DNA from: Eledone cirrhosa | Taxonomy: Eukaryota | Length of the DNA: 64,000 nt | Direction of reading: 5' to 3' | Assembly: GCA_964016885.1 (NCBI GenBank) | Contig: OZ024742.1 | Location: 187,922,001-187,986,000, forward strand | Part shown: piece after piece, positions 41,171 to 54,000 of the stretch | Position numbering within the stretch: the stretch's first letter is position 1 | Layout: the number at the start of each line of letters is the position of its first letter | Notes under the pieces: model-generated | Told to the model about the DNA's origin: nothing | The model's database searches: none | The model's input: only the letters and a program-made list of their open reading frames with translations | Position numbers and translations under genes: made by a program

Positions 41171-42771
41171 CTGTTAACAGAGATGCATTATGGAAGGTTC
41201 TCCAGAAACTTGGTTGCCCTGATAAGTTCCTTGCTTTAGTTAGGTCTTTCCATGACGACATGAAGGTTTGGGTTAATGTCGGAGCCTATCTCAGTAAAAA
41301 ATGGAGTGAAACAGGGGGATATTCCAGCACGGACCCTGTTTGCCATATACTTTGCAATGGTTTTCTGTATTGCATTCAGGAATTGCGAGCATGGTGTTTA
41401 CATCCGATATCGAACCTCAGGCCGCATATTTAACATCAGGAACTTTGCTGCAAAGACAAAAGAATTTACATCAATCATAAGAGACCTCTTGTATGCAGAT
41501 GATTGCGATCTTGTAGCGCACACAGAGAGTGATATGCAGCACATTTTGAATGCATTTTCTGACGCTTGCACTGCACTAGGATTGACTGTCAGTCTCAAGA
41601 AAACCGTCGTCATGTACCAACCTTCCCCTGGTAAGCAGTACAGTGAACCAAACATCTATATGTATGGTAAACGACTTGGAGTGGTTGATCAGTTTGTCTA
41701 CCTGGAAAGCACTGTCAATCGATACAGCAACCTTGACAGTGAAATCTCACTTAGGATTAGGAAAGCAAGTGATGCTTTCGGAAAGCTAGAAAGGCGACTC
41801 TGGGGTCGGCGAGACATGTGCAGGGGGACAAAGGTAAGGGTGTACAAGGCATGTGTGCTCTCTTGTCTTCGTTATGCCTGCGAGACCTGGGTCACATATC
41901 GACGCCACCTTAATCAATTGGAGCGTTTCCATCAGATGTGTCTCAGACGGATCCATGGCGTTCACTGGAGGGATCACATCAGTGATGTCGAGATTTTGGA
42001 AAGCTCTATGTGTGACAGTATAGAAGCTCTTGTGCTTAAGCAACGACTCCTTTGGAGTGGTCACCTTGCCAGGATGACGGATTCTAGAATACCAAAATAA
42101 CTCTTTTATGGGGAGTTGGTTAAAGGAAAACAACCGTCACATAAACCAAAAAAGAGGTATAAGGATTCCTTGAGAGCCTCTTTGAAATACGCCAACATCT
42201 CTGCTGATACATGGTAAAATATTGCTGCTGATCGTAATAAATGGAGAAAGACTGTATATGAGGGAAAAGTTGCCTTTGAGGCATCTCAAATCGTATACGA
42301 GAAAGTAAAGCGGGATGTGAGGAAGGGAATTGCTGTTGCCCTTCCAGACGGCGAGGGTCCTCCTATGGTGCTGACATGCATCGTCTGTGCGAGACTCTGC
42401 CTAAGCAAAGCTGGACTCGAAAGTCATCTTCGCAGTCATAAAGTAAGACCAGTGGTTGACTACCAGGCTGCTGTTGGAGATGCTACTCATCATGCTTGCC
42501 AAGATGTGGTAGAGAATGTAAATCAGCGGAGAGCTCAAGCGACATGCAAAAGAACATGAACTCCAACCACAGCCGGCTATTCCCAGTGAATGTTTTGGTT
42601 GCCGACTCTGTGCAAGACATTTTAGAGCATTGGCTGGGCTAAAAAGCCACATTCGATCGCAGGGCTGTTAGTTTCTATCATGTCTGTGTATAGATATGTT
42701 TATGTGTGTGTGTGTGTATATATATATGTATATGTATATCATTATTGTTGTTGTTTTCGTTAACATTATTG

Positions 42772-42806
<35 letters not shown>

Positions 42807-42823
42807 GTTATTAATGTATATAT

Positions 42824-42855
<32 letters not shown>

Positions 42856-42935
42856 TTATTTATTTATTTATTTTTTTTATTTATTTATTTGTTTTTTGTT
42901 TTTTTTCTCGTGCAATGGCCATACTCGATAACGAG
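41171..42935 (+). mobile_element. 5'-truncated RTE (BovB-like) LINE: RT domain, C-terminal C2H2 fingers and 3' tail
   Basis: TVNRDALWKVLQKLGCPDKF; GVKQGDIPARTLF; DLLYADDCDL; LLWSGHLARMTDSRIPK*LFYGEL; CIVCARLCLSKAGLESHLRSH. Frameshift near 41280 and premature stops. It starts inside an (AT)n tract. Confidence 0.93.
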
Positions 42936-42995
42936 TATATATGCATGTATGTACATATATGTATGTATACATGCATGAATGTATATACATATGTG

Positions 42996-43042
<47 letters not shown>

Positions 43043-43065
43043 TTGTATGTGTATATATGTGTATG

Positions 43066-43104
<39 letters not shown>

Positions 43105-43229
43105 GTATGCTTGTATGTGTATATATATGTATGTATGCTTGTATCTATATATATATATTTGTGTCCAATGATTAACTATGACGTAGCATTATTCTTATCT
43201 TTTGACGAAGTGTAAATCTCGATATAGCT

Positions 43230-43979
43230 AATAATTGTTTGTACTTTAGGCACCAGACCAGCAATTATCCCAGTGCATTACTGGTACTTTATTTTATCGA
43301 CCCCGTAAGGAAGAAACGCAAATTAGCCTCGGCGGGATTTGAACTCAAATCATAAAGGGAGGTAACTCTATGCTTCAAAGCATGGCGACCGACCCTCTAC
43401 CGATACTGCCAATCCACCACCCTTATAATTGTTTCTTCTTTTGGCACAAGGCCAGCAATTATCTCAGTGTATTACTGGTACTTTAATTTATCGACCCCGG
43501 AAGGATGAAAGACAAAGTTAACCTCGGTGGGATTTGAACTCTGACCATAAAGAGCCGTAAGTCTTTACTGCAAAGCATGGCGTCCTACCCTCTACCGATA
43601 CCGCCAATCCACTGCCCTTCATAAAGTTAATAATTGTTTCTACTTTAGGCACAAGGCGAGCAATTACCCAGTGCATTACTGGTACTTTATTTTATCGACC
43701 CCGTAAGGATGAAAGGCAAAGTTAACCTCGGCCCTAGTTCAACTTAGAATGGCAAGTGGTCCGACCCTCTACCGATACTGCCAATCCAGTAAAGTTAATA
43801 ATTGTTTCTACTTTATGCACAAAGCCAGCAAATACCCAGTGCATTACTGGTACTTTATTTTATCGACCCCGTAAGGATAAAAGGCAAAGTCAACCTCGGC
43901 GGGATTTGAACTCAGATCGTAAAAGGACGTAACTATGCTGGAAAGTATGGCGTCCGACCCTCTAATAAAGTTAATAATG
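43230..43979 (-). mobile_element. Four head-to-tail SINE copies
   Basis: Units begin aattgtttNt at ~43233, 43427, 43632 and 43800. The junction taaagttaataat occurs at ~43622, 43790 and 43966. Confidence 0.92.
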
Positions 43980-44196
43980 ACATATTGCAAGATATGTAAA
44001 TGATCTTCACGTTGTCTAATAATTGAATGAAATTTGAATCCTAAGTGATTAACTTTCCTGGTGTATCGCCAAATAATCGCAGCTAACCTGTTTAATCCTA
44101 CGCCCTTTCTGACTCCTACAGTCAATTACACTGAGAGAGAGAGACACACTCACAGTCACAGTCACACACACACACGCACACCCTCTTTGTCACTAC

Positions 44197-44245
<49 letters not shown>

Positions 44246-45164
44246 ACACACGCACTCACACATATATATATATTACTTTAAAATCGTGTATCTTTTAAGA
44301 GTACGTATGGCATAGTGGAAAAACATTGTAGATTATAGAGCTCTATCTCGTCATTTAAAGACTCCAGCACATTCTATATCAAATGGTAAGCAGAAACAAT
44401 CCCATACGCTTTGCACCTATGGAGAAAATGGACACTGCGTTCTCTATGTATAAATCTTCATTTTCCTCGCCCACTTATTCCTAAGAGTGTCATGGGGGCA
44501 GAGTCCTCAAACTCTCCTTTCCAGCGGGTTCTACCAGAATCAACCGTTTCCAACAGATCTGGCTGGTTCCCCAGCCAAGCTTATAGATGTTATCAATATA
44601 TGTTGCTCTGGGTCTACTCCTTTGTCTCTTTCCGGTTGTTTTTGCCCATCAATTCATTTTAAACAACAGACTATGATATAAAAGGAGAAATTCAGGCACA
44701 AACATTAAAACGGATTTGACCTGATCTACAAACATCAGGTTGACTCGGACAGACTCAATTATCATATTATAGTGGATGTGGCTGAGTATTCCACACATAT
44801 TTCGGAGTTTAACGAAATATCTCGAAAATCTTACGTGGCACTTTTTCTACCAAAACTCAATTTTAGAATTGGATAAAATTCCTAACAATGAACTTCCCTC
44901 CAATTTACTTATATCTAATGGTATCCACCAATAGGGATTGAACCCCAGTTCCTGGTATGAATTATATCTGGGGATGGCTGCGGCGTAAGAGGTTTGAGCC
45001 TAAGAGCTCGAGATTTACAGATGAGTAATCTTACTGGTAAAATAGTGGAAATATTTTAAGTATAATTAACCAATACTTAAATTAAAAAGAAAAGACAAGA
45101 AATTATTTGGATTAAATAAATGCCGCCCACATGGTAAACCCATCTATTATTAACAGGTTTTTGA

Positions 45165-45385
45165 GCGGTGGGTTGGCAGCATCGGTAGAGTGTCGGACGC
45201 CATGCTTTGCAGCATAATTATGGTCCTTTACATTCTGGTTTCAAATCTCATCGAGATTAGCTTTGTCTTTCATCCTTACGGGGGTCGAGAAAAATAAGTA
45301 CCAGATATGCACTGGAGTAGATTTAATCAACATCCTCCTTCCCCAAAATAGTTGGCCTTCAGCCTAAATCAGAAACCATTATTGT
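45165..45385 (+). mobile_element. Dominant-family SINE copy (others at ~2695, 22195, 27990, 35440, 39255, 40910, 46735, 48450, 59365)
   Basis: Same head, core and tail as 23424-23610. Confidence 0.8.
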
Positions 45386-46109
45386 CGGGAGTTAGAAAAA
45401 TTCAATTAATGTATTCCACATAAAATATATGGATAAGTTGAATGGAATAATATTAATTTGTGTATCAATATCTAACTGTTCAATGCCCAGTCCAACAACT
45501 GAAAATCATACTTGATTTTACATTACTAATACTGAGATGAGAATATGATCGATATCAACGCCACATTTGTCAGATTTGGTTGTAGCTATTGAGGACAGTA
45601 CTTTGAAAACAATAAAATATGACTCAGCAATGCAGTATCTAATGTAATCATCTAAATCTGAACGACTACCAATCATTATTAATGAGAAATACAACTAAAT
45701 CCTTCCAAATTCATTATCATTTTAAAAGCATATTTTTAGAACATAGGCAATGACTTTCATAAGAAATATTAACCGAAAAACAACTGTGATGCGAATACTT
45801 AAATAATATTTTCTTGCGCTAATCATAGCTTAAATCTTATAAGATTTTAATTATTTAGCTAGTTTTATTATTTTGTAAGTGAACCTGATAATTATATAAG
45901 TGTAGAACTAGAAAGTTTCGACATTTATATCTATTTCTCAGTGTATCTAACAGCAAAAGGGAATTGGCGGTGTTCTTAGTAGGTGTCAATTCGATGTACC
46001 AAAAATGATATAACGACAGAGAAGCCTCTAGGCCTAAAAGAAATATCATATATGTAGTTTCAGAGAGTTTTTCATTGAAGGAAGAGATATGAAAGTGAGC
46101 TATATAAGG

Positions 46110-46598
46110 GAAGAACTGAGAAAGTGTAATATGAGTGGTAGTGAACTGAGAACGTGTAATATGAGTGGTAGTGAAGTAGGAAAGTGTAGAACAGTTCAAG
46201 GCGAAAAGGTTTTTAAAATCTTCAAAAACTAGAGTTCAGACGATTTTCATATCTTTATATAGGTGTAAATTGAAAGCGATATATATAGAAAATTAACTGT
46301 GACAGTAGAGAGATTGTTGTCTTAGACAAAAACAACTAGGCGTAGGTGAAGTAGAAAAGTGTAGAACAGTTCTGTGAGTGAACAGGATTTAAGTCTTCAA
46401 GGAATGAAATTTCCGACATTTCTTTTATCAATGAAGTTATGAAATGCAATTGAGATATCGAGAGAAGGAGCTGAGAATGAGAAAATGTCTTTATCTTAAA
46501 AAGAGACAACTAAGAGTAGATGACGTAGAATGTGTAGGAATGTGGAGGGGAGACAACTAAGAGTAGAGGAAGTAAGAATGTGTAGGAATGTGAAGAGG
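46110..46598. repeat. Purine-rich region with short tandem duplications (30 bp at 46113-46172; ~47 bp at 46504-46598)
   Basis: gaactgagaa(a/c)gtgtaatatgagtggtagt x2; gagacaactaagagtaga...agaatgtgtaggaatgtg x2; gtgaagtag(g/a)aaagtgtagaacagttc at ~46171 and ~46346. Confidence 0.85.
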
Positions 46599-47002
46599 AA
46601 AATATATTTGTTTAGTTCTTCAATGAAATTTACGTAAACGTGTATGGTTTTCTGTACGGTTATTTTGACTTCGATTCGGACGACAGGAACACTCATCGTC
46701 AAAACCAACGGATGCCCATTCCATTTTAAATAGCAAAAGGGAGGTGGATTGGAAGATTTGTTAAAGCACTGGGGAAATGTGACTTAACATACTTGTTCCA
46801 ACATTTTATATATTAAATTCAAACACCACCGATGTCAACTTTCTTTATCACCCTTTGGCAGACAAGAAAATAAAATACCAGTGACGTCTTGGACGTCATA
46901 CAATCGATATTTCCCCCTTCACTAATTGCTGGGCTTGTGCCTAAATTATAAATCGTAAACTAGGGCAGAGAAATGATAATCTTGAGTGCAGTAGAATAAA
47001 TG

Positions 47003-47121
47003 ACACACACACACACACATACACACCCACACCCACGCACGCACGCACACACACACACACACACGCACACACACACACACACACACGCACGCGCACACAC
47101 ACACACACGCATCCACACCCA

Positions 47122-47210
<89 letters not shown>
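47003..47210. repeat. (CA)n microsatellite
   Basis: Direct reading. Confidence 0.95.
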
Positions 47211-47213
<3 letters not shown>

Positions 47214-48676
47214 TGGTGAGAAAAAGAGAAACAGAGTGTGGGAGACAGACGGTTTTAATTAAATCGCAAGTAGTAGTACTACAGAGCTCAATTATATCTG
47301 TCTGATCATCTGAAATGTAATTAACTAATTTACGTTTATTTTTACATAATTACTAACCGTCTGTGAATCAGTAGAAAATGTCCAGCCATACTATTTAAAT
47401 ATATGTTAAGATTTAAATTAGTTTAAGAAAAACTGAGTAGACGTTTGTGTCAGTAATGTAATATTTACATGGGAATATAAGTGATGGTAAAGGTGTAAAC
47501 ATTTTGGTAGTTGAAACCTACCTGCAGTATATGCTACTTGGAATCATCGAATTACATACGTTTTCACAGCCATTGTGACCTCCATCCCTAATCCAGAACC
47601 TGATTATTCAAGAACTTATCCCGGTTTTATTGGCACGAAGTGACTGAGTCTATGAAGACCACCCTTCGTTGATACGCCAGTTGACGGAGCGTTAATGCCC
47701 TGTTGTTGCTGGAACACCTTTTGAACATTGTGAACTGGCGTAACGTGAAGTGAAATGCTTTGATCAATTACAAAAACGTTGGCCAGTCTAGGTATTGAAC
47801 GCCCGTTGATATCAACGTATTATACCATAAACCAACATTGTAATGCAACTGCAAATATAACCAAGCATTTCTGAAATCAAATATATATTATACATGCTCA
47901 CATTCGCATATTTATGTTTAAATACAATATATATTGTGCGCGGTTCTGCGCGCAAATTTAGAGTAATATTTCTGTTTAAAGCGAGAACAGTATGTATGAT
48001 TATAAGTACATTTCTATATGATAATTCAATTTGGTTTATTATAGCTGCGAAGCTATGCATCGCACTCTAGGGCCAAACGTTTCATGCTTAATGTACTTTT
48101 CAAACTAGTATATGTATACTAGTGTAAAACACTAACATTTATTCATATCTATGAAAAATATGTATCTGGGATGCCAAAGTTTATTTGATTCCCAATATAT
48201 ATTACATACCGATGACCTAGGAAAGCTATTTATTTCGAAGATCTATTTACGCTAATCAAAATGCCTAACCGCTAGAGTGCCGATAGCAATACACACATCT
48301 TTTTGAATTAATATATCACCCACACATACACATGTAATACAATGATGAGTGCATTAGCGAGAGTGTAACATTTATCTGCTTAAAATAAAATATATAACTT
48401 TGTTGCCTCCAGCCATAAAGCTATTTCAAGAAACTAGCTTGATAATAATAACAAAAATGGTTTTTGATTTAGGCTCACGGTCGGCAATTTTAGGGAAGGA
48501 GAAAGTCGATGAAATCGACCCAAGTGCGTTGCTGGTACTTTATTTTATCGACTCCTTAATGAAGAAATGCAAAGATAAACTCGCCGGGATATGAACGCAG
48601 AACGCAAAGGGTCATAACACTGTGCTGCAATCATATTACCCGATACTCTACCGATACTGCCAATAATAATAACAAC

Positions 48677-48722
<46 letters not shown>

Positions 48723-48747
48723 GAGGTGACGGAGGTCATGAAACCGC

Positions 48748-48782
<35 letters not shown>

Positions 48783-49679
48783 GAGGTGACGGAGGTCATG
48801 AAACCGCTCCCGTAAGTTTTGAATTTTTAACATATTTAAATCATTTGTGAAATAACAACTCTTAGTACAAATGCTACGTAAAGCACCCGGCTTGAGCCCC
48901 AAAAAATTCGGACCCAAAATATATTGTTATAAGGCTCAAATATTCAAATATTCAACTTTGTATTGTACACTGTATATCCCCCCCCCCCCAAAAAAAATGG
49001 CTATAAATGGAAGAAGAAGAACCCCCCCCCCCCTCCTCTCCTCTGGCTACACTATATAGGACAGCTAAACTCACCAACACCAGAAACTAGATACACCACC
49101 CACCCCATCATCTGTGTACACTAAACACAACAGCACTTTCACCTTCACCGCCACCGCTCACTACGGCCATCATTACCACCACTATCCCATCACCGCCGCC
49201 ACCACCCCTTGACTCCTTCACTGCTGCTGCCACCGCTACAGCACCATCACTACAGTAATACGGTCGCATCACCGCCACCACTGCCTCGGTATCGACATCA
49301 CCACCACCACTGTCTCAGTATCGCCAACGCCGCCCTCTTCCACTTCTCCCTGCTGGCTGCTACTACTACTTCCACATTATAGAATCCCTACTACTAACAA
49401 AGAGGAAGGCATCAAAATATATAGATAGACTCAAAAGAAAAAAGAAAAAACAAACAACAAAACCAAAGCAGCACAGCAACAACAGCAAAAAACGAGAAAA
49501 ACAAACAGAGAAAAACAAAAACAAAAAAAGAAACCCCAAAAACGTAAAGAAAATAAGAATGAAGAGAGAAGCAGGCGGACGGACAGAGAAGAGGGGGGAA
49601 AAAGTAAAACTTAAAAAACAAAAACTAAGTCAGACATTCGAATACTACATTACAATGAAACTTATGCTTATTCATTTTT

Positions 49680-52600
49680 GGGGCCCTTTCTGCCCGTGTG
49701 TTTGTTTGTTTATGTGTGTTCGTATACAGCGTGGTGATAGTGCCACACAAGGGCCAAGTGGGATGGCGGATCCACAGATGGCTATGTAAACATACATTCG
49801 CCAATCCTCGATAAGAGTGTTTAAATATCGAACATAAACAGTTCGAATAACGGTTAAATGGAGACTAGAACGTCATGTGACAGACTCTCACCCAACAGGT
49901 GCCCCCTGGCTCAGCAGCAGGAACCTGACTGTCAACCAAATACTGCTGATGTTGGAGGAAGAAGAAGAAGGAAAGGGGCCAGAACCAACTGGACGAAAGA
50001 ATTGAATAGAACTGTTATGCAATGCTACCTGAAAAGTAACCCCAAGGAGAGGGGCTACAGGAGACGGATGCATAACATCTGGAACGAGATTGGTTTATTT
50101 AAATTAGATGAACAGAAATTGGCCGGGCAGGCTCGGGTAATAAGAACTAATGGGTGGATAAGCGAGCTGGAACTGGAGGAACTGAGCAGAGAGAATGGCT
50201 TGGAGATGGCGGGTGTAGTATGCCAGACAAGCGAGCCGGTGGGAAATGAAGGTGAGGAGGTCCTGAGAACGGAGGAACCACCCGAAGCAGACAATGATCT
50301 GAATACTGAGATAAATAATACCTGGAACAGAGATACGGCCACTGAGGAGATGAATGCTGACGGGCTAGGACAAGATTCGGTTGACATCCTAAATCTAGTG
50401 GTAGATGAATTGAACAATGATAGTGGGAGACCTATGAACCTAAGATTTGTAGACAGGAAAACGTTAAAAGAAACAACAGCTAAGGTAAACAGAGTCATCC
50501 CATACCTTGAGGCGAGGAGTCTTCACCAGTGCAACAATATCCTCAAAGCAACAGCAAATACGGTGAGGAAACTACTTGGTATAAAAGCGAGAGGAAACAA
50601 CAGACAAGAAAGAGCAGAGCCGTGGTGGAAGAAGCGACTGAGTGGGCAAATCGGGGAAATGAGAAATGACATAGGAAAGCTTGAGTCACTACTGAATGGG
50701 ACACTAAAAAACATAGGCACTAAAAATAGACTGGAAATAAAATACAAAACTAGGAGTAAAAAGCTAAATATTATCATAGAGGAATTGAAGCAACGCATTG
50801 TAGCAAAGAGTGCCAAAATCAGGCGATACGAGAACAGAGTCAGTCAGTATAAACAGAACCGCATGTTCGACAACAACCAGAAGATGCTGTTTGGACAGCT
50901 TGAGGGGAAAGAAAGAGGCAACGACTTGATCCCTGGGGCGGAACAAGCTAAAACATTCTGGAGAGGAATATGGGAGCAGGATGTTAGACACAATGCCCAG
51001 GCAGGGTGGATTGAGACAGTACAGAGGGAGATCGGTGAGAAGGCACAACAACAGACTGATTTGAGTATCACAGTTGAAACTCTTAAGGGGCAAGCCAAAA
51101 AACTAACCAACTGGAAATCACCAGGCCCAGATGGTGTGCAGGGGTATTGGGTTAAACATTTAACATCCCTCCACCCGAAGCTGACGGCCATGTTCAACGA
51201 CTGCTTGGTGTCGGGTGAGGTGCCAGAGTGGTTGACAAAAGGTACCACAGTTCTGATAATGAAAGACCGAATCAAGGGTAATGATGTTACCAACTATAGA
51301 CCTATCACATGTCTGCCCGTAATGTGGAAACTGTTGACGAGCATTGTGTCTGAGGAAATCTACCATCACCTCCACACAAACAACTTGTTACCGGACGAAC
51401 AGAAAGGATGCCGAAAGAAGTCACGTGGTACAAATGACCAGTTGCTTATTGATAAGATGGTAATGGGGAATTGCAGGAGGAGACACACTGATCTTGCCAT
51501 GGGATGGATAGACTACAGAAAGGCATTTGACATGGTGCCTCATTCCTGGATCACCAAAAGCCTGGAGGTCTTCAGGGTGGCAGATAACATCAGACAGTTG
51601 CTGGGCAGGAGTATGGGGTCCTGGGAGACAGAGTTGACATCAACTGGAGTATCCTTGGGAAGCGTGAAGATCAAGAGAGGTATCTTCCAGGGAGATAGCC
51701 TGTCCCCTCTGTTGTTTGTCCTTGCCCTGATGCCCTTGACCATTATGCTGCGAAAAGTGAGAGCAGGATACAAGTTGGGAAGGGGAGAGCTTACCATCAA
51801 TCACCTCCTCTTCATGGACGATCTTAAGCTCTTCGGGAAAAGTGAGAAGGAGTTGGATGTGCTTGTTGACACTGTCCGTATTTTCAGCAGTGATATATGT
51901 ATGCAGTTTGGTATTGGTAAATGTGGAGTCATTGTGATGAAGAGGGGTAGGTTGAGCAGAAGTAACGGGATCAAGATACCAACAGGTGAGATGATAAAGC
52001 AAATTGACTCTGAGGAAGGATACAAGTATTTGGGCGTTCTGGAGGCTGATGGCATAAAGAACAAAAAAATGAAGGAATTGTTAAGAACTGAATACATTCG
52101 GAGAGTAAGGAGCGTATTAAAGTCACATCTGAACAGCAGAAATGCCATAAGCGCAGTAAATTCCCGAGCTGTGTCTATTATTAGGTACAGTGCGGGAATT
52201 CTGAGATGGAATGTTGCTGAACAAAAAGAAATGGATAGGAAGACTAGGAAGCTATTGACTATCTACAACATGTTCCACAAGAGGAGTGATGTCGATAGAC
52301 TCTACCTAAGTAGATCTGAGGGTGGAAGAGGTCTTATCAGCATAGAGGACTGTGTTCAGATGGAGAAAAACAACCTATACAAATACGTGACCTATAGTAA
52401 GGAGCCAATGCTCAGAACTGTACTGAAGGAGGGGACAGTAGGCCAGGGGATGTCCAAGGAGGAAATAACATCAAGGAGGAAGAGCAGCCTTAAGGGAAAA
52501 TCCCTTCATAGTACCTTCTTTGAGAAAACTGAATTTAGAGATCCACAGACATGGAACTGGTTGAGAAGAGGAGACCTCAAAAAGGCTACAGAAGGAATGC

Positions 52601-53336
52601 TAATGGCTGCGCAGGAGCAGGCCCTCAAAACGAAGTGGTTGAAGCACCATATTTACAAGGAGGAGGCTAGCCCACTGTGCAGGATCTGTGGAGAGAGAGA
52701 GGAGACTGTGGCTCACATTGTGTCCGAGTGTAAACACCTAGCCCAGACCCACTATAAGGGCTGGAGACACGATGTGATGGGCAGGGTGATCCACTGGCAC
52801 CTGTGCAAAGTAAACAATCTACCACATTCTGAGAAATGGTATGAGCATAGGCCAGAGGCGGTGATGGAGAACAGTCAGGTGAAGGTGCTGTGGGATTTTA
52901 GGATACAGACGGACAAAAAACTGGAACACAATAGACCTGACCTGGTGGTTGTGGACAAAGAAAAAAGATCGTGCCTGATTGTGGATGTGGCCTGCCCGTT
53001 CGACACGAGAGTGCAAGAGAAGGAGAGGGAGAAAATTAACCGATACCAGGACCTAAAGTGGGAGGTGAAAAGGATTTGGAACTGCCATGAAGTCAAAGTG
53101 ATCCCGATTGTCATAGGCGCACTGGGGACTATCTCCAAAGGTTTCCAGGGATGGTTAAAGAAAATCGGCCCCTTCACGCTTTTTGGAACGCTTCAAAAGG
53201 CATGCTTGCTTGGAACAGCAAGAACGCTCCGATACGTCCTGAATATCTGAGGCTGCAGGTAGTGGCTTGATATTCAATCCAACGGACTTTCCAGTTAACC
53301 AACATCAATGACTGAGATTCAAGGAATAACAATAAC

Positions 53337-53368
<32 letters not shown>

Positions 53369-53395
53369 TAATAATGATAATGTAGAAAATAATAT
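49680..53395 (+). mobile_element. Near full-length R4/Dong-like LINE with ~75 nt 3' UTR and (AAT)n tail
   Basis: ORF above. The 3' end gagattcaagg is followed by aataac aataac (aat)n from 53324. The 5' boundary is approximate. Confidence 0.85.
49858..53250 (+). CDS. R4/Dong-clade non-LTR retrotransposon protein (Myb-like N-terminus, RT, CCHC knuckle, restriction-like endonuclease), 1130 aa
   Basis: Uninterrupted ORF with RTNWTKELN, WKSPGPDG, NYRPITCL, IDYRKAFDMVPH, GIFQGDSLSPLLF, HLLFMDDLKL, CRICGEREETVAHIVSEC, RHD and RPDLVVVD...IVDVACP...EKINRY. Confidence 0.95.
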   Translation: METRTSCDRLSPNRCPLAQQQEPDCQPNTADVGGRRRRKGARTNWTKELNRTVMQCYLKSNPKERGYRRRMHNIWNEIGLFKLDEQKLAGQARVIRTNGWISELELEELSRENGLEMAGVVCQTSEPVGNEGEEVLRTEEPPEADNDLNTEINNTWNRDTATEEMNADGLGQDSVDILNLVVDELNNDSGRPMNLRFVDRKTLKETTAKVNRVIPYLEARSLHQCNNILKATANTVRKLLGIKARGNNRQERAEPWWKKRLSGQIGEMRNDIGKLESLLNGTLKNIGTKNRLEIKYKTRSKKLNIIIEELKQRIVAKSAKIRRYENRVSQYKQNRMFDNNQKMLFGQLEGKERGNDLIPGAEQAKTFWRGIWEQDVRHNAQAGWIETVQREIGEKAQQQTDLSITVETLKGQAKKLTNWKSPGPDGVQGYWVKHLTSLHPKLTAMFNDCLVSGEVPEWLTKGTTVLIMKDRIKGNDVTNYRPITCLPVMWKLLTSIVSEEIYHHLHTNNLLPDEQKGCRKKSRGTNDQLLIDKMVMGNCRRRHTDLAMGWIDYRKAFDMVPHSWITKSLEVFRVADNIRQLLGRSMGSWETELTSTGVSLGSVKIKRGIFQGDSLSPLLFVLALMPLTIMLRKVRAGYKLGRGELTINHLLFMDDLKLFGKSEKELDVLVDTVRIFSSDICMQFGIGKCGVIVMKRGRLSRSNGIKIPTGEMIKQIDSEEGYKYLGVLEADGIKNKKMKELLRTEYIRRVRSVLKSHLNSRNAISAVNSRAVSIIRYSAGILRWNVAEQKEMDRKTRKLLTIYNMFHKRSDVDRLYLSRSEGGRGLISIEDCVQMEKNNLYKYVTYSKEPMLRTVLKEGTVGQGMSKEEITSRRKSSLKGKSLHSTFFEKTEFRDPQTWNWLRRGDLKKATEGMLMAAQEQALKTKWLKHHIYKEEASPLCRICGEREETVAHIVSECKHLAQTHYKGWRHDVMGRVIHWHLCKVNNLPHSEKWYEHRPEAVMENSQVKVLWDFRIQTDKKLEHNRPDLVVVDKEKRSCLIVDVACPFDTRVQEKEREKINRYQDLKWEVKRIWNCHEVKVIPIVIGALGTISKGFQGWLKKIGPFTLFGTLQKACLLGTARTLRYVLNI

Positions 53396-53670
53396 GTGCA
53401 CATTTTTTACATTGAAAAGTCGCCATTACTTAACTAACCTCAGAAAAGAAGAATTTAAGTAGTGAATTGGTAGAATCGTTAGCATTCTGGAGGGAATGGT
53501 TTGCTGTAATAGTTCCAACATTCTAGGCTCTTGTTTTGTAGTTTCATCTCATGGATGCACCCACTGTGTAAAACTAGTATAGAAAATGACTGTCATTCAT
53601 TGCTATAAAATAAAATATCTCACTGTGCTCTGCGTGTAGACAATTGTTATCAGCTAACGTTTGTAACTTG

Positions 53671-53856
<186 letters not shown>

Positions 53857-53955
53857 GAGGTTGGTAATGGCACATGGAATATATAAGAGACAGAATACAT
53901 TTTTGGGAAAAAACATATAAGTTCATAAGGTAAGGAAATAATAAAGGGTATACAA

Positions 53956-54000
53956 AATGACCGGTTTCGATGGGTCTGCAAAAGCCATCTTTTCAAATGT
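53956..54000 (-). ncRNA. Degenerate hammerhead at a PLE 3' end
   Basis: ttgaaaa-gatgg-cttttgcagac-ccatc-GAAA-ccgg-tc. The CUGANGA core is mutated; stem II and palindromic accggt are kept. Confidence 0.45.

Noticed and set aside
49888-53177. Antisense ORFs over the LINE
   Set aside because: They are shadow frames of the long + strand ORF.
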